64,000 nt of DNA from Felis catus. Its lineage: Eukaryota. The notes under the pieces were generated by a model that made no database searches, was not told the origin of the DNA, and worked only from the letters and a program-made list of their open reading frames with translations. Shown one piece after another: positions 24,454-38,146 of this stretch. Each line of letters starts with the position of its first letter. Position 1 is the stretch's first letter. The translations under genes and the position numbers were made by a program. The stretch lies in assembly GCF_018350175.1 (NCBI RefSeq), contig NC_058368.1, positions 222,768,001 to 222,832,000 of the forward strand, read 5' to 3'.

Positions 24454-26192
24454 AGTGTTTCCTCTTAAAGCAAGGTCCCACAATATTTTCAACCGGCTCC
24501 TTTCCCCTTAGTTTCTTAGACAAGCGGGTTTGCAAAAGATATATTTTTGTATTAGCACCCATTTTGATCACAAGTTGTGAAGGATTTCCTCAGTTACTTT
24601 TTGGCAGTGACTGTGTATTTGATCCATTGAATCTGAATATTTGTCTACATTCATCAGCCAGTTCATCAATTGCTGGCGCTTTTATTTGATATAATTATTA
24701 TTTCTCCTATGACTTGCATTATCAGAGGTACGACAAGCGTTTCCTGTGAGACTTCTTTCCAGCAACAGTCAATAACAGCAAGACCAATGAAATCTTAGTA
24801 GGCAGCAAGTGCTTTTTGCTTAGTTTTGTTTGGTTGGTTTTTCTCCTATTCAATATTTTACGAGCAATGGCACTTTCAGAGGAGGCACCTTTATTTTTAT
24901 GACATAACTTGCCTTTCTGCATAATTGAGCCTCCTAGGACCATCTGCCATCAGATTATGCCATATAATGTGGATTTGGATGCAAAATTAACTCATGCTCA
25001 CAAATAATTCTGCAGTTGACATGCAGATTTCCAGCATCTTCCATCTGAGAGAATATAATTTCCACGACTCTTGTATTATATGAGGTATTAGAGGGCAAGG
25101 TCTTATTAGTATATATTCTTACAGTTTCTATTATTATAAGTCAAGATGTATATCTTATCTGACTCTGTGTTTAAAGGTTTTAATTCTGTAGCACAAAAAT
25201 GACTGATGCTAACAGTCAAGCAATGTAGGCAAGGCTCTTCTCCCTGTATCCGTGGTGTTGATTTCCAGGATGCCAATATCAGTGCTTTGCAGCCATGAAC
25301 CAACCATGTTACCAGGGCAACTGCGTTCATTCTTTCACTCAGTAAGTACCATGGAGCCCTTTAATGAGTAACTGTTCTAGGTGTTGGCAACATAGCAATT
25401 AACAAGATAGATAAAATTTCTGCATTCGTGGAACTTGTGTTCCGCTCTGCTAAGATTTTGTACTGACTGTTTCTTTTCTTCTGAATGTGGGAACTTCACT
25501 TATTGCACCTGAGATGTTTCTTTTAGCCATCACTTTTATTCATGCCAGGTACATAGTAAACACCAAATAAAGATGACTTCATTGAATAGGATTGATAAAT
25601 TTAGCTTGACATACTAGATCCTTGAAGTTCTGGGTTTGCTATTGTTCTACGTAATTCTTTAATCTTCAGTTTCTCATTTTAATTTGTGATTTCCTGAAAC
25701 CACAATAGTGAGGAGGGAAAAAAAATCATCCTTGATATTTTGCAAATGAAGAAGGTGAAGAGAATTCGGTATTCTTAGAGAATTATCTGGAGTCTATTGC
25801 ACACAGGTTATGAGTTTGTGATCACACTTTTGGCTCTAACAGTTTATCCCTTTTTCACATGAAAAGTATGGTGTGTTCTTTTAAATCAAGATGAAATCGT
25901 TTACTTTAATTGCTTGCTCTGCGTAATTTCAATGCGTTGTTTGGAATTAAACACAAACACACACACGATGTCCACACATCCCATCTCTGTACCATTTTGC
26001 ACAACACATAAAAACACACAGCACCCAGATGCAGTGCTAGAGACACTGCACTTTAAATACCAATCCTGGTGCTACTTAAGGCAGGACAAATATAAAATTA
26101 GTTTATTGTGGTTTTGCCTTCATTTATCTACTGTTTCCCACAGAAATAATTGTACCTTCTTTTAAAATTACCAAAAGTGTCCTGTATGGGTG

Positions 26193-26232
26193 TTTTTTTT
26201 TTTTTTTTGCATTTTTTTAATGTTTGTTTATT

Positions 26233-26271
<39 letters not shown>

Positions 26272-26420
26272 ATGAGGGAGAGGGAGACACAGAATCTAAA
26301 ACAGGCTGCAGGCTCTGGGCTGTCAGCACAGAGCTGATTCTGGGCTCCAACTCACAAACTGTGAGGTCATGACCTGAGCCTAAGTCAGATGCTCAACTGA
26401 CTGAGCCACCCAGGCACCCC
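26193..26420 (-). mobile_element. Can-SINE with (GA)n expansion
   Basis: Reverse SINE ending ccacccaggcacccc. Confidence 0.93.
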
Positions 26421-26450
26421 ATCCTTTGTTTTTATAAATTGAGAGAATGG

Positions 26451-26670
26451 GGGGCGCCTGGGTGGCGCAGTCGGTTAAGCGTCCGACTTCAGCCAGGTCA
26501 CGATCTCGCGGTCCGTGAGTTCGAGCCCCGCGTCAGGCTCTGGGCTGATGGCTCGGAGCCTGGAGCCTGTTTCCGATTCTGTGTCTCCCTCTCCCTCTGC
26601 CCCTCCCCCGTTCATGCTCTGTCTCTCTCTGTCCCAAAAATAAATAAACGTTGAAAAAAAAATTTTAAAA
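26451..26670 (+). mobile_element. Very young Can-SINE (SINEC_Fc-like)
   Basis: CpG-rich; 17-bp TSD ata(a/c)attgagagaatgg at 26434-26450 and 26671-26687. Confidence 0.97.
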
Positions 26671-26778
26671 ATACATTGAGAGAATGGTACATTTTGGTCT
26701 GTATATGTTTATTTGATCTGTAAATTCATTATTTTTATTAATAGATCAGAGAAGAAACTTTGTTTAAAAAAGGTCTGC

Positions 26779-26877
26779 TTATGCTAAGCAAAATAAGTCA
26801 GAGAAAGAAAAATACCATATGATTTTACTCACATGTGGCATTTAAGAAACAAAAAAGATGAACATATGGGAAGGAAG

Positions 26878-26928
<51 letters not shown>

Positions 26929-27150
26929 ATAAGAGATTCTCAACTATAGAGAACAAACTGAGGGCTGCTGGAGGGGAGTTGGGCGGGGGATGGGCTAGAT
27001 GGGTGATGGGTATTAAGCAGGGCACCTGTTGGGATGAACACGAGGTGTTATATGTAAGTGATGAACCACTAAATTCTACTCCTGAAACCAATGTTATACT
27101 ATATGCTAAGTAACTAGAATTTAAATAAAAACTTGAAATAAACAAACAAA
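26779..27150 (+). mobile_element. 5'-truncated carnivore L1 (ORF2 end plus 3'UTR)
   Basis: 'atgctaagcaaaataagtcagagaaag...gagaacaaactgaggg...gggtgatgggtattaagcagggcac...aaataaaaac'. Confidence 0.88.
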
Positions 27151-28494
27151 ATGTCTAGTTTTCTGAGGTCCCTATTTTTGTCCCTTAGGGGATCCCCAGT
27201 GTTCTCAGTAGCGTGGCATTTGTGATATTTTGTGATAGACTCTGCCTAATTTTCCAATATTCCTCTCTCTTCATTCCATGCATAGTGATACTCCAAAATC
27301 TCTCAGATTTGTAAATTCTTTCAGAGCAAATTCTTTCTGTGTTCTTTTATATATGTACTCCCTGCCTCGATTACATTCCTCTGGCCTCAATTTCATTTTA
27401 GCTGCTATCTACTATCTTCTGCATGGTTTCCCCACGCCCTGCGACTTGGGAATTATTTTATCTGCACGTATAAGGATGTCTGTCTGCGCTGATGTCTCCT
27501 CAATGAAGCTTCACTAACCAAGTCCTCCTGAAATCAGTAAATAGGAAATATCTAATTTATAGAAAATAATCTGCCTGCTTCTCACAAATTTTGGAGGCCA
27601 GTAAAATGGAAAACATAGGGTATTAATAGAAAGCAATAGTTCTCAATCACAGGTTTAGAAAGTTTGAGCTTTGCTCTGTATTGACTCCCCCACCCCGAAA
27701 ATTCATTCCTCAGCTCTGCTAATCCAGAGACAGATCATGTAGAAAGTCTGCCTGATTATGTTCTCATTATATTCACTTTTTCTTTTTCCTGCTTATATCT
27801 TCTCAAAGGGAGGAAATACTGTGTATATTTGAGGCCAAACCTTAGAAAAGTATCCTGTTCCTTAGAGGTAAATGTTCTAACTCAGTCCCATAAGGCATGA
27901 CCCCAAATGCATTAATCACTTAATATATAGCACTTACCTTTCACTATGGTTATAGTTACTATTTTACCTGTTATACCTTGTACATGCTCCAATGGACTCT
28001 TTGTTATATTACATTATAACAATTTACCCCCTGCTGCGTCTTTCCCTAAATTTAAAGCTCTCAGTGTTAGATTATGTCACATCAATCTTACTATCCCCTA
28101 AGATTGAATGTTGTGTTTTAACTCTGTACTGTATTGTCTAGAGACATTTGTTCAATTATTATCTGTAGTTCATTTAATGAATGGATAACTGAATTCCAGA
28201 ACTTAAATGTGGATAATTTATATTACATGTTTATAAATTTATTATTTTTACTAATTGCATGATTAATGAAAAATCTTAAATAGAGAAACAAAAGGTTATA
28301 TGTATTTATAGTGATATAATAGTTATACTTAATATATATATAACAGCTTTGAAAATGTTCATAGAACCTTCTCTTTTCCCTATCCGTAGACAATACCTTA
28401 TTTTGGAAGTATTTCATTAGGCATATATTACTTTTCAAGTATAAATTTACAAGTTATTTTATTTATTTATGTATATATTTATTATTTCTTTACA

Positions 28495-28500
28495 TCTTTC

Positions 28501-28551
<51 letters not shown>

Positions 28552-28630
28552 CTTTCTTTCCTTCCTTCCTTCCTTCCTTCCTTCCTTCCTTCCTTCCTTC
28601 CTTCCTTCTCTTTTTCTTTCTTTCTTTCTT
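28495..28630. repeat. (CTTT)n(CCTT)n compound tetranucleotide microsatellite
   Basis: Direct read. Confidence 0.95.
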
Positions 28631-28768
28631 GAGAAAGAGAGTGAAAGTGTGAGTGGTAGAGGGAGAGAGAATCTTAAGGAGACTCTATGCCAGCGTGGAG
28701 CCTGATGTAGGGCTGGATCTCAGGACTCTGAGATCATGACCTGATGTGAAATCAAGAGTCGGACATTT

Positions 28769-29015
28769 GGGTGCCTGGGTGGCTCAGTCGGTTAAGCTTC
28801 TGACTTGGGCTCAGGTCATGATTGCATGGTTCCTGAGTTTGAGCCCCATATTGGGCTCTGTGCTGACAGCTCAGAGCTTGTATCCTGCTTCAGATTTTAT
28901 GTCTCATTCTCTCTCTGCCCCTCCCCCACTTGTGCTCTTTCTCCCTCTCTCTCTCTCATTCTCTGTCTCTAAAAAATAAATAAAAGTAAAAAAAAATAAA
29001 AATAAAAATAAAAAA
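28769..29015 (+). mobile_element. Can-SINE nested in the tRNA-derived head of an opposite-strand SINE
   Basis: Approximate TSD agagtcggacattt (28755-28768) / agagtcagaccctt (29017-29030). Confidence 0.9.
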
Positions 29016-29843
29016 GAGAGTCAGACCCTTAACTGAGTGAGCCACCCAGATGCCCCCAAGTTATTTTAAATTATACGTAAGGCTGGAGATCTTGTTTTGG
29101 ATATTGAACACATTGCAAATATTCAGAGTAAAGAGGTAAGAAATGTAGATGGATTAGGTTAGGAATCACTTATGAAAAGAGTATATGTTTTCACTCATAT
29201 GATGCTTCAGCAATACAGTTGTGCCATGCAGAGCCAAACAAAGCATAAAATGGAGTTCAATCGATTACAGTATTTTCAGATCTTGGTTGCAAATGATTAA
29301 AGTTATGAAATCAATTTAATGATGTTGTGTTTAATATACTTTTAATCCACTAAAAAAAAGATAAGAGGTAAACTGAAAATGGCAGGGCATTGCACATTAC
29401 ATTGTGATATTTTGTTATGAGTGGTTGTGTGTGTCTTATCTATGCAAAATTTACTGTTTCTTTCTGATCAAGCAAGTCTGAAGACTCTTGATTCAGAGTG
29501 TTTCCAAAATTCCATTTAAAACAGGAATCTACAATTTATGAAGACCACATTGTTATTGAATAGTTTGTGCCTTAGCACCCTCTTTCCTACAGCATGCCTT
29601 TGCTTTCCTATGTATTGTCAAGGTGAGATTTGCTAATGTATAGCTGTTGCCTTCCCCACAAATAATGCAGGTATTCAGTTTGTTGTGATAATCCTGATAG
29701 AGTATATTGATCCTGCAATATCTCTCTTAAATCATGTTTGTGACCAAGTATGTATAGATTGCTAAATTAGAAGACAACTACTATAGAGATTGAGACTTTT
29801 GGTTCATTATATGGAAAAACCACTTAAAAATATACACAGCCAA

Positions 29844-30060
29844 TTTTTTTTTAATTTTTTTTAAATTTTTATTCATTTTTGAGAGACAGAGAGCAAGCAG
29901 GGATGGGGCAGAGAGAGAGAGGGAGACACATAATCCGAAGCAGGCTCCAGGCTCTGAGAGGTCAGCACAGAGCCTGACGTGGGGTTCGAACTCACAAACT
30001 GTGAGATCATGACCTGAGCCAAAGTCAGACACCCAACTGACTGAGCCACCCAGACTCCCC
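29844..30060 (-). mobile_element. Can-SINE
   Basis: TSD acagccaa. Confidence 0.95.
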
Positions 30061-30406
30061 ACAGCCAAAAGTTTTGATGATTAGTCGCCATTGGTTGAAC
30101 ACAGTCAATATTCAAAATACGGAATATTTTAAAAAGTGAAATGGGATTAAAATGTATTTCACTATTTTCATTTTACAAATGATTTTGTATATCTTGTTTT
30201 TCAAAACTTCCACACATCTAGCTCTAAACACAGTGGAGGTTCAGAAAATCTGATTAAAGACATGCAGATTTCTCTAGAAAAATAGCAGCAGGAACAGAAA
30301 TAGTGTGGGATAAAAAACAGGAGGATCAGTCTAGAGAACTAGAAGATATGTGTAACAGCCTTGTCCTCATCTCAGTGTGTCTAACCAGAATTCCAGACAA
30401 TTATTA

Positions 30407-30629
30407 TTTTTTTTTAATTTTTTTTTCAACGTTTATTTATTTTTGGGACAGAGAGAGACAGAGCATGAACGGGGAAGGGGCAGAGAGAGAGGGAGACACA
30501 GAATCGGAAACAGGCTCCAGGCTCTGAGCCATCAGCCCAGAGCCCGACGCGGGGCTCGAACTCACGGACCGCGAGATCGTGACCTGGCTGAAGTCGGATG
30601 CTTAACCGACTGCGCCACCCAGGCGCCCC
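30407..30629 (-). mobile_element. Very young Can-SINE (SINEC_Fc-like)
   Basis: Perfect 15-bp TSD tccagacaattatta (30392-30406 and 30630-30644); CpG-rich. Confidence 0.97.
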
Positions 30630-33600
30630 TCCAGACAATTATTAAAAGAACGGTATTTGAGCTGTTCTCCTCTCATCTATTGTGCATATCTTGTATTGAC
30701 CCCCTAACTTCAACTCTATGACTCTCTTCTAGTTCCTTGGTTTCCTGAACCCCTCCTTGTGGGTTTACAACACATTTACCTAAGTATGAAGTTATTCATT
30801 ATCATCTTGCCCAGGTCCAAAAGAAGGTTTAAGGGGAAGCCTTGTTGACTTCATGAGTGAATCATGCAATTTATTCCAGTTTGACAACTAAAAAAAACTA
30901 GCCCTACTTTAGAAGAATGTTGGTAGCAATCTCCGAAGTTCCTCATGGACGTGTAGGCACCTGACAGATCATTTCCTGTCTGTGTCCGATACTCATCTCT
31001 TCTATTTTCAAAGAGTGCCTCATGTTCCACACATAGAAGCACCCAGGGATACTTTTTCAGCCCACAAAAATCTGACATTTAACAAAATGTATTCCTCAAT
31101 CCGTGTGAAAATGAAAGTTCTTAATTCATGCATAATCATTATATACTAAACTGTGAACTTAGCCTGTTTGACTTAATATGTCAATACCACGAGAAAAGAA
31201 TTAGCAATTTTAAATATATCACTGTAAATGCATGTTCATATTTATTTTATAATGTCAAGAAATGTCTTTTAAGTCTAGTTATATTTCAAGTGATATTTAT
31301 ATTTGCCTCTCATCCTAGCATCTTTTACATTTTTTTTAATATTATAATACCTTTAAACAAATTGACACAGTAACAGAATGAGAACATTTAATTGTGTGAA
31401 TTTATTTATTATGTACACAGGAATTTTTCAACTATATGTCAGTTTTGTCTTCAAGTAATTGATATGTTTTTCTGTAACATGATCATTTGCTCTACTCTTT
31501 TTTATGGAGCGTGAATAAAGCTCATCTTTATTCAAAATAACAAATTAGTAAAGTTATTTTTACATACATAAAAAACATCCACACTAGCTCTGAATTGCAT
31601 TGCTTTCAGCAAAACATTCACTTATTTTAAGCTGATTCACTTACAGAACATTGGATTCAAATGACTACAGTTTAAAGTCAGTTTAATCTCTATGAAATTG
31701 ACAATATCAGTTTCCATTGTAACCAAGGGACCACTCATAACAAATACAAAGAAGAAACTCTATTATTCCATCTACTCTGAAGTACAGAGTCACACTACCC
31801 ATACACAGAAACATTAATTACTCTAATCATGAATTATTTATTCGGAAACTTTCCCTCTTAGAACATGAAATAATTTCTCTGTAGTACAAAAGGAATTTTA
31901 TTATTAACATTACTAAAATATGTGACACATTTTTTAAGAAGAAATATTACTTGCCTCTATTAAGTCACATAGAGTAATAAAAACTAATTCTTTCAGGCTG
32001 TAAGCTATGGGAATTACAAAAAGATATCTGTGTAGTCTTATATGAGATAAAAAACATCTTCGTTGGCCATAGGTCACCTTTAGCTTGGCTATTTAATCTT
32101 GGGTCTTTTATTTTTCTTAAGTGTTTTACTACTAGGGTGTCTAGATGTAGCACGCATCTAAACCTGTAGCCCTTTCTGTTTATCTACCAATTTGTTAGCA
32201 ATGGATTAAAGATAGATTATGTATCATCTGAAAATACTTAATTATCTTTGTGCATTTTTTATCTATTTTGTATTTTGGCTTGTTTTCTGTTGAAATCATC
32301 ATCATTGTATTATAATTCAGTAAAATTATTTTTAATTCAAAATTAGATATGCCTTATGAATAATAATTTATGATGAATAACTGTAGGAGTACAACCACCT
32401 AACTTAGAGACATATTTTTTGAGAGTTTGGTCCCCTACTCCTTTGATCCTCAGATCCTTAGAAATGAACAAGGAAAAATCTGGTGACACTTTAAGGCCAT
32501 AAGAAAATTACAAGAACAAAAATCCAAGTAAGTTTGCATCCAAAAAAAAGTATATAAAAATGCATCTATGCACGCTGTGTGTATGTATTTGTGTGTGTTT
32601 CTTCCACACATATCTACATATATATTTTTAATTGAATACCTGTATTAAATATCAATTTCTCTTACTGGCCACCTGTTTTCACAATCAGTGAGAATGCAGT
32701 GAAGGATCTACAGTGTGTTGTGTCACTTTTACCAACCACCTATGTTTACAGATAATGGACACATTTATTTGCATTGGAACAGAGATGGGAAGTTAAATAA
32801 AGTCAGACTAAGAGGAGGTAAGCTGTTGGGTATACACAAGGGCATAGAGTAGGGAGTTTGGTTTCAGTTTCAATTTAAGAATTCATGAATCAAATAATAC
32901 CTCACTTTACAGTCAGAGGAGATGGGAAGGCGAGCTGGATTCCCACAACAAGGAATAATCAATGGAAGCAATTAACAAGTGTTTCTGGCAATTTGAAATG
33001 TTGCTTCATTTTCTGGAAGAGGAATGAAATGGATCATTAGTTTTCTTCCTCTGGCCTGAAGTTATATCTATTTATTAAATAGTATACGGTAATTTATCAA
33101 AGATAGAGAGGAACGATTTAAGCACCGTGAATGTATATAATCAAATATTTATAAGATTAAAATCTCAGATTTTTTATAGATCTACATATTAATATAAAAT
33201 CTTGGATAACATAGAGGTATTTAGGGCTAACCCTAACAAAAAGTCGGTATTAACAGGGGTAATAATAATAATGATGATAAAATTATCTCACAAAAATTAT
33301 CACTTTGGGGATTCCCAAATAAATATACTATTTGATCTGACATGTGACTGATATTTTACTACTTATAAAACTTGTACATGTTTGTGACACTTGGATACTT
33401 TGGAAACTATCCTTACTTTTTCTTCTCTGCACTTCCACTCTTGATATTTAATTTGACTTATTAGGGAGTGGGGTGACTGACTGCATCTACCTTCTTCTAG
33501 TAACTGCATCAGGGGACTCTGTGGAGAGTGGTTATACCCTAGTGTTGTCTCACAATTCTCTGAGCTAGAATATCCAAGTGGCTGGCCTATTCAAGGGAGT

Positions 33601-36489
33601 GGTTTGAACTTGTCATTCTTTGTAACAATATCAGATATAGGATATGTCTTAGCCATACTTGAGCTTTCTGGTTCTTGCAGGGTGACTATCAGTTTGCAGT
33701 CCTGAGCTTGAAGGTATAGGTGATGGTGATGCACCATCATTAAGCTATATCTGCCAGAATGTCCTTAATTTTGGAAGTATTCATTTATTAACTCCTTTAT
33801 TCAGGCAGCATATATTTACTAGCTGCTTTATGTATCACATACACACTCTTCTGTGCTCCAGGATACAAAGGAAAACAAAATAGAGTTAATCCTTGATCTC
33901 CCAGAGCAGTTAAGTGAAATGGGCACTGACGTCTCAACAAATGATCACCTCTGCCTCTTTGAGTGTCCATATAATAGGCAGAAGTGATATTTGTATTTGA
34001 ATTGTTGATGTACTCCTAGTTACATACAACAGACTTCATTCTGGCTGGTTTCAACAAACAACAATAACAACAAATGACTCCTTGTGAGTGCCTTAGTTTG
34101 CTTGAAGAATTCCCAGGAGGGCCAGAAAACTAGTGCATGGCTATTAGTAGGAGCAATGGAATGGCTCCCACTGGATGGCCTCCAATGTGATTCAGTTGCT
34201 TCCAGCCACACCCCAGGAGTTCTCAGTAGAGAAGGGACCCACAGATGTTCTGTAGAGACTTATTCCTGCTTCCCCTACCTGCTTGTGCCTGCTCTGGCAC
34301 ACTGACACTCTCCCTTGTGTATTTATTTCATGAAAATTCTCCTTATTCATATGGCTCTTCTCCGAATAAAAGTCTCAACCCAATGGGTATGATTAGGAGG
34401 AATTAAGCAATTTGCTTATTCCAAGTAACAAGAGAAGATTTAAGTTATTGACTATAAAATCTGTTTCCATTTGTATTGACACTTCTAGCACTCCACTGAT
34501 TGGCTTATGACATTAAATCAGCAATTATTTACTCAATCTCTTCTAAGTTCCAGGTAATCTATGAAGCGCTGGCTTTATCACCAAGCAGAGCTTCTACATC
34601 ACAAGATACTCATAAGTTATATCATAAAAAATTTTATTCAATTTGCTCTTGGAGTCCATTTGGTCATCATTTCACTTCCTAATTATTAAGGGCCCTTAGA
34701 AGGAATCCACTTTCAAGATGTTCTCCACTTTTTTTTCAAAACTGCACTCTTCACAGATGCTGAAACGCCCATATTGCAAACACACTTGAATTGCCTTGAT
34801 CTGAATTTTTCTTTGAAGACCCCGTAATCTAATGTTTGTTTTCAATAATTCAATGAGACTGTCCTCTCCACAGGTTTCAATCATTGATTTAACTTTATTT
34901 ACTCACTTTTTGGGTGTGTCATGCACTATTCTAGGTTCTAGGAATATGGCAACTCAAAAAGCAAATATCCCTGCTCTCAGAGAGCTTACACTCTCACAAA
35001 ATGATTGTACAATCCAATGGTTTTAACTAAGCATCTGTGATTTACCACTTTTACCACTTTTTTTCATATCAGACTTTCTAAGTTTTCTTTGTTGTGCTTT
35101 AATATTACAATGATATCTTGGGACTTCTTAATTGGTCTTTCCAACATGCAAAATCCTTAATATCCTATTCTCACCATATTCCCTCTTCCTCCACATTTCT
35201 CCCTTGTATGTTTCACCTTCTCATACAGACTTCCCAATAATATTTTAGAGGATAAATCATAAATCTATATTTAGTCCCACCCCTTTTGACATTTATAAAT
35301 AGTGGTTAGATATGTTTAATTGCATATCCATGTGGAACTTAACAGGTCAAACTTGAATTTATCAGCTCTGTCCCTGAAATATCTTTCTTATACTTTAAAG
35401 TTAGAAATATGTTAGAATTCTTTTCCATTCCATCACCATCCACTTTTCATCCCCTCAGACCTTCTAACTTATCATTAAATCCTATTGATTTTTTCACAGT
35501 GTCTTACATTTTCTACTCCTTTCTAAATCTACAAGGTGTGTGTTCCAGAAGGGGAAAACATAGGAGAAAACTTTACATGGATAATGATATCGAATTGAGC
35601 TAGGTTGTTTTTTTATTTTTATTTTGGCTATTTTGCTTTGTTTTAATAAATAAGAATTCAGTAGTTGGGTATATTGTGTGGGTAGACTAGAATGAAATAA
35701 CATAGATATATGTAATGTCTTGAACACTATGGAAATTTTTTTCTCACTTGTGCTATAATTGTCATGGGTTATTCCAGTTCAATATCTGACACTTCTCTCT
35801 GGGTAATTCAAAAGCCCAGGCCCATCCCTCAGGTCCGTGGTACCTGATTCTGACTGACAGAAGAGGAGAAAGCATTCCATCAAAATGTCTTGAGTAAGAA
35901 ATGGCCGATATCAATTATATTTCCAATTCTTGATTAGAATCTGTGTGTCTACACTGATTTCAAGAAAATCTGGGAAATATAATCTTAAGGAAAAAAAAAA
36001 TTACTATCGTGAAGAACAGCTAGCTACCTGTCCCACAACAGAAATGGAGAAAGGAATTTCAAGGTAGAGAAAATTATGTGTGAATGGAAACAGAAGCAAG
36101 CATAGGAAGGAAACAAGAACACGGTCAGTGCTGTTAAAGTATTAATTGGTAGCTTCTGATTGAGAGAGTTTCAGGGACTGAGAAGGTACCATGTGGGATA
36201 ATTGAACTATTATGAGAGACGATGGAATTAGTGAACTGGGGGTTTAATTATTTTGCTGAGAAGTGTGAACTTAGACTCTGATAGCGATACATTAAAGATA
36301 TGTAAGTGAGAAAGAGCGTCAATCATTTGTGTTACACAAATAAAGTTCTGTAGCATTTATAGGCTAACTTGCTTTGGAAGTAGGACTCTTGTTCAAGACA
36401 ATGATTCTTCTACAAGATTGGAAACTTCCTAAAGGCAAATCTTGATTGATTTCATCTTTTGGAATCAATATGGAATTCAGCATAGTGAT

Positions 36490-36870
36490 TTCTATGAGCT
36501 GAATGTGTCCCCCAAAGTTGATATGTTCAAGCCCTAATCCACAGCACCTCAGAATGTGAATGTATTTGGAGATGAGGCCTTTAAAGAAGTAAGTAGGTTA
36601 AAATAGAGTCCTTAGAGTGGGCCTTAATCCAATAGGACTAGTGTCCTTGTAAGAAGAGTAGATAAAGGTCAACAACACAGACAGAGGAGACACCGCATGA
36701 AGACAAAGGGAGACAGTGTCCATCTGCATGTCAAGGAAAGATGCCTCAAAATGAAATTTGCAGACACCTTGGCAACTGGGTTCCCACCTCCAAGTGTGAG
36801 AAAATACATTTCTGTTATTTAAGCCACCCAGTCTGGGGTAATTGTGATAGTAACCTAGTAAACCAATGCA
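36490..36870 (+). mobile_element. MLT1B-like MaLR solo LTR
   Basis: Follows the MLT1B consensus end to end ('cctcagaatgtgaatgtatttggagatgaggcctttaaag' ... 'tttaagccacccagtct'); 5-bp TSD gtga(t/c). Confidence 0.85.
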
Positions 36871-37683
36871 GTGACACTTCAGTAAAAATTTATTGCAAGT
36901 GTTCAATTTAACCTCAGTCCAGTCTGTACTAACTACTCTTTCCTCTGCTCCTACCCATGGCCATCATTAACAATCCTAACTTTCCTGTCAGATTACCAAA
37001 TTCTGTCTCTGTCCCAATGTCAAATGGTATTAGACTCTGAATGAGATTGAACACTGGGGAAGAATAATTAGTAGTTTAGGAAAATTGAGTGTTAGTAATT
37101 AAGGGACTAATACCTTAACTAATTACTTCTATGAGGCTCCATCTGTTTCTTTTTTCAATATGGCTCAGTAAACACACCAGCAATCATGAATGCGCAATGA
37201 AATCAGGATGTTCCAAACAGTGTGGTGTCACAGAGATTTTTGAGCTAGCACCTCAAGTTTAGAGGTAGCCTGTCATGTGATGGTTACAGGTGTGTGAACA
37301 ATTTAGTTAGCCTTTGGGAGCATACATTTGTTTTTCAAAAAATAGGATAGATATTAATTTACAAGGCTATTACTAGAATTAAATAAAACAAGTCATTGGA
37401 ATTTTCTAACAGTGCCTGGTGTATGTGATGTTTTTCTGTAGATACCCTTTTCATACTAAATTGTACTAAACTGGTTTTAAATATTATTCAATAAGAATTG
37501 CTAGAAGTAGTTTTCCCTGTAATATGGAAGGGAAAAAGTGCCTATCAAATATAGACATCATTGAATGATATATCTTTCTTTCACACAGGTTTTCTTCATT
37601 ACTATAAACATGTCAAGAGAAATAGAAATGGAAATTTGTTGTCATTTAATTAGTCAGCATTTAGCATATTTATAGAGACTTAA

Positions 37684-37907
37684 ATTTTTTTAAATTAAAA
37701 AAAAATTAATGCTTATTTTTTTAGAGAGAAGGACAGAGTGTGAGCAAGAGAAGGGCAGAGAGAGAGAGGGAGACACAGAATCCAAAGCAGGATCCAGGCT
37801 CTGAGCTGTCAGCACAGAGCCTGATGCGGGGTTCAAACTCACAAGCCGTGAGATCATGAACTGAGCCAAACTCAGACACTTAAGTGACTGAGCCACCCAG
37901 GCACCTC
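37684..37907 (-). mobile_element. Can-SINE abutting the L1 3' end
   Basis: Flanked by gagacttaa at 37675-37683 and 37908-37916. Confidence 0.95.
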
Positions 37908-38146
37908 GAGACTTAACTTTTTTTCCTTCAATATATGAAATTTATTGTCAAATTGGTTTCCATACAACACCCAGTGCTCATCCCAAAAGATGCCCTCCTC
38001 AATACCCATCACCCACCCTCCCCTCCCTCCCACCCCACATCAACCCTGTTTGTTCTCAGTTTTTAAGAGTCTCTTATGCTTTAGCTCTCTCCCACTCTAA
38101 CCTCTTTTTTTTTCTTCCCCTCCCCCATGGGTTTCTGTTAAGTTTC

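Larger units (their letters stand above)
28462..29056 (-). mobile_element. Older Can-SINE with (CTTT)n(CCTT)n expansion, split by a younger SINE
   Basis: Outer TSD caagttatttta (28450-28461 and 29057-29068); head 'gagccacccagatgcccc' lies after the inner element. Confidence 0.88.

Noticed and set aside
10092..30721. Recurrent peptide family 'WVAQSVK..TSAQVMIS...' / 'GAPGWRSRLS...' appearing in many ORFs
   Set aside because: Conceptual translations of non-coding Can-SINE copies, not a gene family
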